From Lama guanicoe (Eukaryota): 64,000 nucleotides of DNA. Location of the stretch: NCBI GenBank assembly GCA_013239625.1, contig MU054338.1, forward strand, positions 4,688,724 to 4,752,723, written 5' to 3'. The first letter of the stretch is position 1; each line of letters starts with the position of its first letter. The notes beneath the pieces were generated by a model. The model saw only the letters and a list, made by a program, of their open reading frames with translations, had not been told where the DNA came from and searched no databases. The position numbers and the translations under genes were made by a program. Below, one piece after another: positions 26,981-42,372 of this stretch.

Positions 26981-27649
26981 TCAGGACATGAGAGAAAATT
27001 GGGGGAAGAAATTTTTCAAAGAGGCACAGAAAAGGGAATTTTAAAAAGAAAGAGAGAGAAAAAAAAAAAAAGAACAACTTCTCAAGGTAGTGCTCTTAAA
27101 AATACCACACTGCTTTTTTAAGGACCACAGCTGGTATGCCTTGACCCCTGAGGTCGGGTCCGGGGAATGCTTGCCGCCTGTTGTGTGAGCACAGCCACGC
27201 GGTTGGTTCAGCCTCAAGGATGCAGGCTACTCCTTAAGGGCAAAAACAGTGCCCTCAGTGCTGGGAGGCTACTCAGCGAGGGGAATTCCATTCCTTCCTC
27301 TCTCCTTTAATGGCTCCGGCAGACAGTGAGCTCTAAGTAGCTCCCTGAGAATGGTGAGTACCCACTCGGAAGCCCAAGTATTTATACAGTTTTGGAAATA
27401 CTTAAAAATACTTCTTACGTTTATTAATAGGCATGGAATAACCCGTCTGGTTTAGCTGTTAGAAGGGCTATTGATGGCACTATGGATGGGAAAAAAACCT
27501 TAATTTCCTCAGTAAAGGGGGCTCCTGACATTTTTTTCTGGGGAGGAGGGGTCTTTTGAGGAGGCACAGGCCTAGCGTCTGACACGTGTCACTCTTCCCA
27601 GCACCCACTGCACGACGCTTGCGGCCCCTACGGATTCCCTGTGACTATG

Positions 27650-28690
27650 AAAATATAATGAAGCATCTAAGACAGTCACACCCATAGAGACAAAGCAGAA
27701 AGGTGAGCGCTGGGGGGCGCGGGAGGGGGAGGGGGAGTCCGTGGTGACTGGGGACAGAGTTTAAGTTTGGGAAGATGAGAAAGTTCTGGAGTTGATGGTG
27801 GGGATGGTTGCACAACGATGTGAATGTGCTTAATGTCACCGAGCTGGGCACTAAAAACTGGTTAAAACAGGGAGTGGGGAGGGTGTAGCTCAGTGGTGGA
27901 GTGTGTGCTTAGCATGCGCGAGGTCCTGGGTTCAATCCCTAGTACCTCCATTAAAAATTTTTTTAAATAAACAAACAAATAAATAAACCTAATTACCTGC
28001 CTCCCCCAAAACAACAATAAAAGACTCAATAAATTTTAAAAATGGTTAAAGTGGTAAGTTTTATGTTATGTGTGCTTTACAATAACCAACACAGAGTTGG
28101 TAAGACCATTGTATAGTTGGCATATGCTGAGGGAGTGGAACCTAGAAGTTCTCACCAACAAACAAAGAAGCAAACGGTAAATACGTGATGTGGTGGATAC
28201 ATGAATTCACTGGACGGGAGGAATCCCTTCACAATGCATATGTGTATAAAACTCATCACAGTTTACACATTAAACATCTTGCCATTTTACCTGTCAATCA
28301 TAACTCCATAAAGTTGGGGGGGGGAAATCACTTGTGATACGAAAGGAAGCTACTGCTGGTCGCGGTTAGTAAGTGATTTGTCTCGTGTGTGTTAGGAAGG
28401 TTATTTCTTTGTGTGTGTATTTGGTTTTTTTTAGCCGTGGCAAAATACACATCACATCAAATTTACCATCTTAATCATTTTTAAGTGTACGATTCAGTGG
28501 CATTGAGCACACTGACGTTACCGGGCAGCCATCCCCACCCTCTACCTCCAGAACTTTCTCATCTTCCCAAATTGAAACTCTGTCCCCATGAAACTCTCAT
28601 CCCCTCCCCCAGCCCTGGCCCCGCCGGCTCCTTCCTGTCTCCATGGAAGCGACTCCTCTAGGGACCTGATATAATACAATATCTGTCCTT
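27650..28690. mobile_element. Cluster of L1 3' fragments (plus 27650-28320, minus 28430-28690)
   Basis: gacagagtttaagtttgggaagatgagaaagttctggag and its reverse complement ctccagaactttctcatcttcccaaattgaaactctgtcc. Confidence 0.7.
27876..28030 (+). mobile_element. tRNA-Ala-derived SINE (camelid Vic-1 type) inserted in an L1 3' fragment
   Basis: GGGGAGGGTGTAGCTCAGTGG...GCTTAGCATG...GGTTCAATCCC..ACCTCCA plus A-rich tail; imperfect flanking repeat aaaaa(c)tggttaaa. Confidence 0.85.
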
Positions 28691-29749
28691 GGTACCTAAG
28701 TTTATTTTTAATGACATAAACTTTGGCATCATTACGAATAAAGCCATGTTGAAATAGTCATGTTGTAATGATAGATTTCAACTTCCAGAATGAAAGCTGT
28801 TGCTCTTGAAAAAAAAAAAATGCTTTGCCTGCCCGGCTGCTGGTGGCGGTTTCGGTTACTCGAAGGCAGGGCCAACGGCTCACAGCTGAGACCATGACTT
28901 TGCTTGCTCTCGAGTTATATAAAGCATCCAAGGAGATAAATCACGTTTGCAACCCTCTGCTCAGGCGGGAGATGAGGTCACAGGCACACACATAGCACAT
29001 GCTCTGACAGCTGAGACCGCTCCCGGAGATCATCTGGCCTCCCGCCCCTTCTCCCCAAAAGGAGGCAGCCGATGGCAAGCCGGGTGACCGCCCGAAGCCC
29101 TGCAGCGGGTCAAAGGTCGTCGAGCCAGGAGCAGACCTCAAGTTCCCGACCTCACCCACACATCGCCCGCGGCCCCGAGGCCTGAGGATACCGCTAACTC
29201 AAAAAATCTAAAGGGAAATATATACAAACAAACAAAACCCACTAAAGAGAAAAAAAAATGACTTCTGTTTCTCCAATTTGATGGGCTTTTTAAAAACCCA
29301 GTTTTAAAATAAACTAATTTACACAAACTCATTTGGGGCTTCAAATAGTTTTCCACTTTTCTGTAGATGGATGGAAGCCCATTAAATAAACAAGATTAAA
29401 GACTGGAAAAAACCTGTCATGAGGGTACATGTTTAATGGGACGCACAGGAGGGGACCGGTTATCACTCTCTGCTGTCTCCGATCCTTAAAGCTTAAGGGT
29501 CTACGATGCGGGGCCAGACTTCCGCCCTGACTTTGTCTGTCACCGCCGCACACATCGGCGGGCCTGCACCTTAGCAGGGGAGCCCTGCTTGGGTTAACAC
29601 AGCTACACCCCGACTGGGGGAGGCGGACGGGGTGGGGGAGAAAGTTCCACAGGGAAGTGGTGCCAAGACGTAGGGAGTGTCTGATTCCGACCCGAGTCTT
29701 CAGAGCATGTTCTCGGGCTGTGATGTTTAGAAATGTGTGCAGAACTCCT

Positions 29750-30724
<975 letters not shown>

Positions 30725-31641
30725 TCACATTTTCTGGTTATGATTAGCCCCAAATGGAACCCAGTCATGACAGGGCAAATTCCAGCACTAAGATGTCACT
30801 CAAGCGTGTCCCTGAGCTGGCAGCCCATTTAACATCCCCTTAAAATGCACCACCTTTGGGTGGTGGAAGGAGTCAGTGAGGGATGGGGCCAGGGCGGGGG
30901 TGTGGTCTCAAAGCAGAGGACACAGTGTATCCAAACGCCTGGGAGCTGGCAGTTCCTGGAAACTATTCATCCTTTGGTGTCGCTGGAGGGTACAGGATAA
31001 GAGGGCAGTAACCAAAAAAGCTGGGGCTGGTGCATAAAGTTTGGACTCTATCCTACGGGACAGGATTTCTCACCCCTGGCACTACTGATGTGCAGGGCTA
31101 GGTCATTCTCATGGGGGCCATCCTGTGCATTGTGGGGTGTTGAGCAGCATCCCTGGCCTCCACTCACTAGATGCCAACAGCCCCACCTCCGCAGTCATGA
31201 CAACCAAAAATGTCTCCAGACATCGCCAAATGCCTCCTATCACAGTGGCCGGAGAGGACTTGACGCTTGATGGAAATATAACTGAATTGCTCTAAAATCC
31301 TCCAGTGCGCCACCCCCACCTCAAAAATTGGAGATGGGGGAGGGGCACAGAGGTGAAACCAAAATGGCAATATATGGAGAATTGTTGGAGCTGAGAGATG
31401 GTTATTACGTGGGAGGAGGGGTGTCATTTTCTTCTTTTGTAAATACTTGAAAATTTTCCATAATGGGAAGAAGAAATACATGTTCCCCTCTGGTGTCTTA
31501 TTGCCACCGCCACATCTTATGAAATTATAAACCTCAGTGCCCGGCTCTTTCAGAAGCCAATAACCACGCGAAAGAGCATTTTAGATGACGTCACTGTGTC
31601 AGCCTGTTAAAGGCGAAACGTGCGACTCATGCACAGATTCA

Positions 31642-31950
<309 letters not shown>

Positions 31951-32807
31951 TCAATTACAGCCCTGAAGACCAAAGAGACGTGGCCAGGGAAGTTACATCG
32001 TGTAGGGGTGCGTTCCTGTTCGCCAACGGTCTTGTGCCACGAGGGAAGAGCACATAGGAACGGCCAAAGAGAAAGGGACCACTTTCCTCGTGTCTCAGTT
32101 TCCCAATAAGAAGAATGACGATGGTGATACCAACTGCCTGACTTATAGGTAAGATGACACCAGAGGACTCGTGTGACTTCTCGGCACACAGCCTGGCACC
32201 TGGTCAATCTTGAGAGATGGAACAATCATTCCTCTTCACACTCTCACCACTTCCATTATCTTCCTTTAAAATTTCAGCACAGTCAAAACTCAAAACGACG
32301 GGGTGTAACTGAGCGGGGGCAGAGTTTCTGCGTGGGGTGACGAATAAATTCTGGAGGTGGACGGCCGTGATGGCCGCTCAACACCGTGGACGTACTTAAC
32401 GCCGCGAGCTCTACCCTTAAGCCTAGTTAACACGCTCAGTTTTACGTTGCGTATGTTTCACCCCGATTTTTTTGAATGTTGAAAAAAATAAACTTTAAAA
32501 AAATTCTGCTAAGCAGACAGAGCAACTTTTTGTGGAAGGCGTCTGGTGAGAGGCGCATCTAAGAAACTAAATGGAATCTCGCTATAGGAAACTGCCCAAT
32601 CTGGACTTCCAAAAGAAACCCGTCCGCTTCAGTGTTCTGGCTCTGGGCAAAGGGCAGCGTTCCTGGTGGCACACCCCATCCGCCGGTGAGACCCGACGGA
32701 GGAGCCTGTGGTATTTACTCCCTGAGTGCGAAGGCGACAGAGAGGAGCCTCCGGCGGGGCCATCTGAGCCCAGAAGCAACCAGCACGCCTCTTTCACCTT
32801 CTACTTA

Positions 32808-33008
<201 letters not shown>

Positions 33009-33903
33009 CTATACTTCCAAGAGCGTCCGTGAGAAGGAGGCTGTCAGTCTGATGTTCCCTTGACAGGTCTCATCCCCACGTGCCTCCCCCGGGTTCAGAG
33101 GTAAGACTGGGACGTGCACGGTGGTCCCGGCTGCAAGACAGTCACTTGGCCAGAGGCTCAGGGGAGTAGCAGCGGTCAGCGCCGGCATGAAGACCAAGGG
33201 CCAGCAGTTACTGGGAAAGGGGGCTTTGGGAATAATGTTTGTCCTGACACGATTTGTCTTGCATATGCGACTTCCATGCCTGACGTTTGAGAAGTCGTAA
33301 CTGCAGGGCAGATGGACACACGCCAAGTGGGTTTAGAGACTGTGCAGGTCATTATACTTTGGAGAGAAAGTTCTTTGGAAAGATGATGCCTCGGAGAGAG
33401 TAGTTCCCTCTGCCCGAAGGCAAGCCCTCTCTTGAGTTCCACCCTAATTGCTGTCTCTCTCTCCGCCCCCCGAATTCCCTTGGACCACATTCTGCCATAG
33501 GGAACTGACTCAGCATGGAAGCCCTGGCACTTCAGCCCCCAGATACCCCCTCAGGAGAAAACCTGTGAGCATCCTGCATGAGAGGACCACAGTCAGCTGA
33601 CGGTGCCTGGCTGTGGCAACTGCAGAATGTGCTGTCACATTTGAGCCAAGGCCACATTTAAGGGAGGTGTCATTCATTCATTCATTCAATGCTTATGTGG
33701 CACCTTCCAGTATCAGGCACTGGGTTTTGGTTTTTGGCAAAGAGGTAAGATGTACAGCACCTGTCCTCAGTGTCAGAGAGCCTGTCACACACACAGTTGT
33801 ACTCGTTCGTTGTGCGGAAGTGCACTTCCCCTGGGGACCAGAGTGGTGGGGGGTGGGGGCAGCCACATCATCTAGTCCATGCGCTGGAAAGAGCACAGCA
33901 TCA

Positions 33904-34152
<249 letters not shown>

Positions 34153-34599
34153 TCAGCCAGCTTGGCGTCTCCAACTCCAGTCGGCGGGGCCGCGGCTGGA
34201 GCTGACCTCGCTCAGGGCTGCATCCTCAGTCCTGACCACGCGCCTGACACCTACTCGCTCCCATGGTGAATGGAAGGCGGGGGGACGGGGGAAGCTGGGG
34301 AGGTCTTCGTGGCCGGGAAGGTGTCTGAGCTAAGTCTTGTCGGGGAGGAGGGTACGACTGTGATGGATTGAGACATGGGCTTTGCAAAGCGGAAAGATTA
34401 AAGACACAGAGGCATCCGAGCTGGGACCAGGGGAGAGCAAAGGCGCCTGCTCCGGCCGACAGGTGACAGGCAAAACTGGAGAGCTGCAGTGGGCCAAGCC
34501 CTCTAGGGTGCTGCACGCCAGACTGAGATCCAGAACACACGCCCTTCCTCGGCAGGCAGAAGGGGACCACTGAAGGTTTTATAACAACTCAGTAACTCA

Positions 34600-34950
34600 A
34601 TCAGACCTGTGCCTTAGAACTATTAGTGGGCCACCAGCACATGGGGGACAGAAGACACAGAAGCCACACCTGGCTACTGAGCACCTGAAATGCAGCCCTT
34701 CTGAACTGCACTGGAAGTGAAAAACACAGATCTAAGGCTTCGCATGCAAAAACAGAATGTAAAAGATCTTCTTTATATATGTTTTTTATATTGAGTCCAC
34801 ATCCAAATAACATTTTAGATGTAATGGGTTGAGTAAAATGCATTATTAGAGTTCATTTCACCTATTTCTTTTAAAGTTTTTGCCACGTGGCTGCCAGGAC
34901 ACAGTCTCATGTGTGACTTGCATCATATTCCTGTCGGATGGCACAGGTCT
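34600..34950. mobile_element. MER33/MER3-like hAT-Charlie element
   Basis: agccacacctggctactgagcacctgaaatg...ttttagatgtaatgggttgagtaaaatg...ctgtcggatggcac. Confidence 0.55.
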
Positions 34951-35354
34951 CGTGCTAGGACCGGCCAGGAGATCATGGGAACAACCAAATGAAAGGTCTG
35001 AGCTTCAAGAATCAACATGAGCCAGTGATTCAAGAATGGAGTCTGAATAGTTCAGTGGGTTGGCTTCTCAAAAGCCGTTCACAGCCCCTCTTCCCTTGCT
35101 TTCCTCCACTGCACAGACTGGAAGAGGTAATCAGCCGCTCTCCCAGCCTCCCTTGCAGCTAGGGCGCAAAGTCTGGGCCGCACCCCCGGTGGCTCCCCAA
35201 GAGAGACTATGAAATGGGTACCATTTCCTTGGCTGGATCTTTAGACGTGTTCTTACCCCCATTCCTTCCTCTCAGAACTGCTCCAGACACTTTCTCCTAG
35301 TGGATGTTCTGTTTGTTTGTCTGTTTGTTTTGGTTTTAAAACCCCCTAAGTTAC

Positions 35355-36092
35355 GTGTAGTGACTATAGTTAATAATACCATACTGCATGTTTGAAAATT
35401 GCTGAGAGAGTAGATCATAAAAGCTGTCATCACAAGGGAAAATAAAAATGTGACTATGTGTGGTGACGGATGTGAACTAGACTTATTGTGGTGATCATCC
35501 TGCAATATAGACAAAATAGTGAATCACGAAGCTGTTCACCTGAAACTAATATAATGTTATATGTCGATTATCTCATTAAAAAAAAAACTCGGGTTTTCTT
35601 TTTCCTCCAATTTTACTGAGATATTATTGACATATAACGTTGTATTTGTCAATATACATATATTGTGAAATGATTACCTTAATAAGTTGAGTTAACCTCC
35701 ACTGTCTCATATAGTTTTTAAAAAATTGTTTCTTGTGATGAGAACTTTTAAGATTTATTCTCTTAACAACTTTCAAACATATAACACAGTATTGTTAACT
35801 ACAGTCACCATGCTGTACATTCCAGCCCCAGAACTTACTCATCTCACCAGTGGAAGTTTGTACCTCTGGACCCCCTTCAACCATTTCCCCCACCCGTCAG
35901 CCCCTGGTGCCACCAATCTGTTCTGTCTGACTTGTTTCACTTAGTCTCATGCCCTCAAGGTCTGCCCATGGCACTGCAAATAGCAAGATGTCCTTTTTTA
36001 TAGCTAAATAATATTCCAGTGTATATATAGACCACACCTTCTTCATCCATTCATCCATCAATGGACACTTAGGTTGTTTCCATGTCTTGGCA
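35355..36092. mobile_element. Tail-to-tail pair of L1 3' ends (plus 35355-35588, minus 35600-36092)
   Basis: gtgactatagttaataatac...polyA, followed by a reverse-complement homologue. Confidence 0.75.
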
Positions 36093-36118
36093 GAAACCCC
36101 TAAGTTTTTTCTAACTCA

Positions 36119-36358
<240 letters not shown>

Positions 36359-36970
36359 TTAACCTTCCCGTAATTGCCCATGGTGAAGACTTAACCCACA
36401 GGCTGAGGATGACTCTGACGCATCCTGCTCGAAGCACACCTGCAAGGCACAGGTGAGCAGTTACAGCAAAGACCGTGCTGCCCACAAAGCTGAAGGTATC
36501 TGTTATAGTCCCTTCATAAGAAAAGGCGGCCGACCCTCACCCCTCCGTCAGCCCACTCTGGCGCCCTTCGTAGCGTGGACCACCGCCTGGGTTTACATTA
36601 TACGTGCGTTTGTTTATTTGCAAGACCCACCACGTGCGGACTTCGCCTCGTTCACGGTGAGTATTCAGTAAATGTTAGCTGGATGAACAAGCAAAGGAGT
36701 ACCTTTCTGCCTGTGACAGAGTTTCTGGAAACACAGTCCCCAGACCTGCATGTTGCTTGCTTGTTAAAAATATAAATTCCTGCCATCCCAACATGCAGCT
36801 TGGAAATTCAGAATCTCGGGGGGGAGGGCAGGACTGAGCTGTGAACTTCAGACTTGGAACTCCTTGCACGCCTCCGCTGAGGGGCATCTGGGCTGTTTGC
36901 TTTCTGTGCTCTCAGGGAGAGTGGGTCCCCGCAGCCAGCGCCCCTGCCACCCCCCCCCCAGGGCACTCAC

Positions 36971-37119
36971 TGCCCCCTCGAATGTTGATGATTAAGCTCC
37001 CGTTGACAATGGTGCAGCCTCGGAGCTCCTGGGCGGACGTCACCGAGTCGATGGTCTTCTCGCCTTCCAGGAGGTGGCAGACCTTGGGACAGGGGCCCAG
37101 GCACGGAGTGCACATCAAG
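36971..37119 (-). CDS. INSR: INSR exon 4 (149 nt)
   Basis: [49 protein letters not shown]; acceptor ctttccgcAG, donor GTGAGT. Confidence 0.98.
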
Positions 37120-38169
37120 CTGCGGAAAGAGTAGGGAGAGAGAGGTCAGGGTACACAGGAACACACGCACACACACGCACGGCAGGCTGCACACGGTCCC
37201 AGGTGACGGGACCTCCACTGTCACCCTCAGGCAGGGTGCTTTGACCATCGATAGCACTGTTGATATTTGGGGCAGGAGAAGTCTCCACTGCGCGGGACTG
37301 TCCTGAGCATTTAAGGGTGTTACGTAGCATCCCTGGGCTCCATCCACTCCAAGCCAGCAGCACCCCCACCACGGCACGACAGCCAAAACTGTCACCAAAC
37401 ATAGCCCCTGGGGAAGGAGGGGCAAGCCGCCCCAGGCATCTCTCTGTGCCGGCAAGTCCTACAGCACTACTCTGAAGTCGAAGGACTCATGCTTTTACGA
37501 CAAAGCCAGCGGGACTCGTGGCGTTATCACGGTGATGGGAATCACACAGAGCTTTGCCGCTATGTGGACGTGGCAAAGCTGATGCCGTTACCCCAGCTAG
37601 CTGAACTCAGGCTGCTACTGCAGGATGATGGGACATTGGCTGTGCTATGTGGGGTTTGACAGGAACTTCCCGGAAGGAGAAACTGTCTTCCTTCTGGCGT
37701 ATTTAAGAGGGTATTGCTATATTGCTAGCATGGGGCAAGGGGTGAGGAAGAGGCTGTCTGAGAACAAAACCAGCAGGGAGAGAAATAGAGCCAAGAGCGG
37801 AATGCAATTGATCAGATACATCCCTTGAGCTCCTGGATACAGCTGAACCTGAAGCCATTCCCTGAACGTTTTGGTTTCAGTCACCAATAGACTCATTTAA
37901 TCTTGCTTAAGCCAGTTTGAGTTGGGCTTTTGTTGCATGAAACCTCAAGATTCCCAGCTGTTACATCCTCCAGGTCTGTGGCCTCATCGGTGAAATGGAG
38001 CCAATAACAGAGCCTGCCTCACAGGCGGGTGATGAGGTCGAGGTAACACATACCCCCTAAAGCACTTGGCACATAGAAAACAAACACCATTAGTCCCTTG
38101 CGAGGACATCACTTTTTACCTTGGAACTGTCACTACTGTTGTGTCCACGCTCCTGCATATTCTTAGCTT

Positions 38170-39180
38170 TGTGATGCTGGTATAGTAAAGAACACATCTG
38201 GTCTTTGTCCTGGGTCCTGGCACAGAGCTTCAAAGAGCCCTTGGAATTTCCTGAGTAATAGGAGCATCTTTGTTGTGCTAATGAGGAGTGGCGGTCCCTA
38301 CTCACTTCAGGATGGGGGTTGGTTACCAGAAAGACCAAATACTTGACCTCCAGAGAGAGAAGAGGGGCTGGGAATGGAGTCCAAACCTGTGGCCAGTGAT
38401 TTAGTCAATCACACCAACGTAGTAAGACCCCAGTGAAAACTCTGGACACCAGCCGAGTTCAGTTTTCTGGCCAGTGAATACACTGACGTACTGGAAGGGC
38501 GATGTTTCTGATCCCACGAGGGCATGGAAGCCCTGTCTCTGGAATTCTCCCAGCCCTCACCTACGAGCATCCTTAATAATAAAGGTATGAGTGCCTCGTA
38601 TGCCTCTCTTTGACTGCTGAGGCCGTCTTATTTCAAAAGACATCTGTCTTGAATAAATGTCTCGCCAGCTCTGTGACACAGCCACTAGCAAAACAACCAG
38701 ATAAGGAACGAGGTCGCCCCCATCCTTCTTCAGAAACCCTGGGGAACCTAGATAATGACCAAGCTTCTCCTTCCCTGTGCCCAGCTCCTGCCCTTAAGCT
38801 TTAAGTTGACCATCAAGTGAACCCATACAGCCCTCGACATTCCACCCTTGGACTCTAACAGAAGCAGACCCAGAGGTGTTTCTCTGTGCTCAGGACCAAA
38901 AGAAAGTATAGCCCCCCCACCCCTTTTTAAGCTCTGAGTGTTGTTCTAACAAGTTACTGAACCCAGAGGGTTTGTGGGAGCCCCCAAAGTTGTAGCCAGC
39001 TGATCAGAAGTGTGGGTGGCCTGGGAACCGCCCCCCCCAACAAAGCGTGGCTGGTATCTGACATAAAGCCAGCCTGGTGGAGGACCAGGCCTTTCCCTCG
39101 TGGCGCTGACGCTCACTCCAGGTGGCCGATGTCGAAGTCTACTGTAGTACACCCAGCTGGTGTCAGAACAGCTGGGGTGG
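38170..39180 (+). mobile_element. MER21-like LTR interrupted by an insertion (approx. 38590-38930)
   Basis: cccttggaatttcctgagtaatag..tgctaatgag..cttcaggatgggggttggttaccagaaagaccaa; resumes at ttctaacaagttactgaacccagaggg. Confidence 0.6.
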
Positions 39181-41599
39181 AAGCGGAAGACTGACCAAAT
39201 GTTTGGGTTCTTTTGTTGGTTCTGCAAATATTCCCTGAGCCCTTATCATGGGATAGGTGACACTCTAAGCCAGGGATAAGCAAACTATGGCCCGCGGGCC
39301 ACCGCCAGCTGGCCACCTGTTGTTCTAAACAGCATTATATTGGAACACAGCCACACCCCCTGGTTTGTGTATCATCTATGGCTGCTCTCATGCTATTCAG
39401 CCAGAGTAGAGGAGCTGCAACAGAGACCATATGGCCCTCGGAGCTGGAAATATTTACTATCCGGCCCTTTGCCAGTGCCCATTCTAAACTGCAGGCACAC
39501 AGGAGTGGACAAACAACCTGCTTTCCCTGTGGGAAACGGCTTCTTTTCAGCCCTTCCCACTGACAGGTGGAGTCCGCTTCCTCATCCACTGAACTTGGAC
39601 TTGGCCACGTGAATTGCTTTGGCCAATGGTACATGAGCAAATGTGATACAGCAGAGGCTTAAAAAGGACTTGCACCTTGAAGCATGCATGCCCTTCCGGG
39701 CTACACATGGAGAGAGGCCCCAGCTGCCCATCCAGGCTATGAGAGGCTAGCCTGTACTAGCTAATCAGAGCTGATCCACCCCAAGCCAGACAAACTGCCA
39801 GTCAACCCATAAAGTCATTAGAAATCATAAGTGAGCATCATCTTAAGTCACCAAGCATTGATGTGGTTTGTTACACAGCAAGAGCTAGCTGATACACTTG
39901 AGAAGTGTGTGGTCTAGCTGGAGAAAATTAATAAATTGACAATTAAAAGATCAGCTAGTGGTAGATGCCATGAAAAGAGTTAAAGTGGAGTGGTATGGCA
40001 AAGAGTAGTTGGATGGCTAATACAGACAGTGTGGTCACACAAGGAAGGATTCTCAAACAAAGTGACTTTTTAAAGCTGTGACCTGGATGACAAGAAGAAG
40101 CCATGCAAAGATCAAGGGACAGAGCATTCTAGGGAGAGGGAACAGGGATGCCCCACACCTACCGCATACTTAACATGCACCCCAAATAACAAGTCGTCCT
40201 CATCTCACTACAGAGCGCCCCACCAGGAACCTCAGAGCGACCATAGTTGGCAAGGTCTCTTCATGAACCCCGTGGTTTCCCAGACCTCTGGTCTAAAAAC
40301 ACCAAGAACTATTTCCCAGATAAGCCACAAGAATGGAGGAAAACATATCTGGCCCTATTTGATATCAAACCACATTAGAAAACACGACAGTACTAAAGTC
40401 TTTCACACACACACAAAAAGCTTCCAAAGGAGAAAAAGAATTTTTTTTAACCTACAAAGGAAAATATTGCCATGATGGCTCATAATTAATATCCCTCACT
40501 TTCCCCTCATTCACTCAGTAAAGGTCCGAAGCATTACAGGATGAGCTGTCAGTTTCCTGGGGCTTCAATCCCGGGGCCCCTGCCATCAGCAAGAGCATCA
40601 AAGGAGGTCGCTTTATTTTTCAGGTCTTAGTGATGATCAGAAAAAAAAAAAAAAATAGAACAACGTTCATTTAAAGCCAATGTCTTTTAGACAAACATCT
40701 CGCCGGATGTTAATACCCATGCTTTATTTCAATGGGGAAAAAAAACAGAAATAAATCAAAAGGAATATGGTCATTTTCCCAACCTTACTGATAAACTGAC
40801 CCAAAAAAGAAAAAACAGCTCTGTCTGGCACACAGGTGATTTATAGAAGCCTATTTTTGGTCAACAAAGCCACTTGATAGGTTTTATCAAAAACGTATAA
40901 AACAAAACATATTGTACTTGCAGGTTTCACAAACACTCCAAAGAGGCTCATAAGAACCGAAATATTGTTTTCCTTCCTACCCTCCCCACCCAGGGAAATA
41001 AAATTTCCCACCAGAACACTCTCATTTGGCTAATTTTCAAGTCTGAAGAGGAAGATTTTTTACGTAAGCAGGTCAGCTCAAGGCCCCTCAACGTGCGTCT
41101 GTTTCTGATTTGTTTTTGTGTTGTGTGTGTGTGTGTCGGGGGGGTGTTTTTCAAACCCTCAGCACAAAAACCAGGAAACAGATTTTTTAAACTTGGTTAC
41201 AGCCCCGAGACACCGAAATAGCTCATCTGAGAAGCTAACAGCCTGAACAAAAAGTCTCAGATATGCGTAGGAAATCTGACTCACCCCCAGGGGAGAGAAA
41301 ACCCTGCTATTTCTTACCCAAATAGTAGGAAATGGTTTGACGGTACTGTCCTTCAAAATACGATAAAGCCTTGAGAATAATCTAGAAGTGAGTCTGTTCC
41401 TGCTCGTACTCCAGGCTAACCTCCGCACACCATCCAGCTCCAGCTTAGAGAAAACATTTTAAAAAATCTGAGCTCTGATCTTGCTGTGAGAGTCAGGCAG
41501 CTACACGAGTGGGGACATGCCCGTCTGTGTAAAGGACTATATATGAAGCCAAGGAGTTCTAGTCCCAGTGTTAAGCACAGAGAGCTTTAAAAATAGTAT

Positions 41600-42112
41600 G
41601 CAGCAGATGACTGGATACAGATGATGTGGGAGATATATACCATGGAATACTACTCAGCCATGAAAAAGAATGAAATAATGCCATTTACAGCAACATGGGT
41701 GGATCTTGAGATGATCATACTAAGAAAAGTAAGTCAGAGAAAGACAAATATCATTATCACTTACATGTGGAATCTAAAAAAAGAGATACAAATGAACTTA
41801 TTTGCAAAACAGAAACAGACTCATGAACATAGAAAATAAATTTATGGTTACCAAATGGGACAGAAGAGCGCAGGGATAAAGCCGGAGTTTGGGATTAGCA
41901 GATACAAACTACTATATATAAAGTAGATAAACAACAATGTCCTACTGTACAGCACAGGGAATTATATTCAGTATCTTGTAATAACCTCTAAGGAAAAAGA
42001 ATATGAAAAGGATTATGAAAAGAATATATATATATATAGAACTGAATCCTTATGCTGTACCACTAGAAATTAACACATTATAAATCAACTAAACTTCAAT
42101 TTAAAACAAAAA
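41600..42112 (+). mobile_element. L1 3' end (cetartiodactyl-type)
   Basis: atggaatactactcagccatgaaaaagaatgaaataatgccatt...gagtttgggattagcagatacaaacta...aacttcaattt + A tail. Confidence 0.8.
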
Positions 42113-42220
42113 ACTTTAAATAGGTGCGCAAGACGCCAAAAATATTTACTCTCTGGCCCCTTGCAAGAAAACGTTGGTAGAGTCCTGCTCCAAAGGCTAG
42201 CACAAAAACAGGAGGCACAG

Positions 42221-42372
42221 GGGGAGGGTCTAGCTCAGTTGGTAGAGCACATGCTTAGCATGCATGAGGTCCTGGGTTCAATTCCCAGTACGTCCGTTAA
42301 ATAAATAAATGAAGCTAATTTATTCCCCGCAAAAAATAAATAAAGCAAAACAAATAAGCAAACAAAAAACCA
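42221..42372 (+). mobile_element. tRNA-Ala-derived SINE (Vic-1 type)
   Basis: A box TAGCTCAGTTGG, B box GGTTCAATTCC, A-rich tail, flanking repeat caggaggca. Confidence 0.85.

Noticed and set aside
42221..42298. Possible tRNA-Ala(AGC) genes (this copy and three others)
   Set aside because: Extra 5' bases, poor acceptor-stem pairing, A-rich tails and flanking duplications mark them as SINEs.
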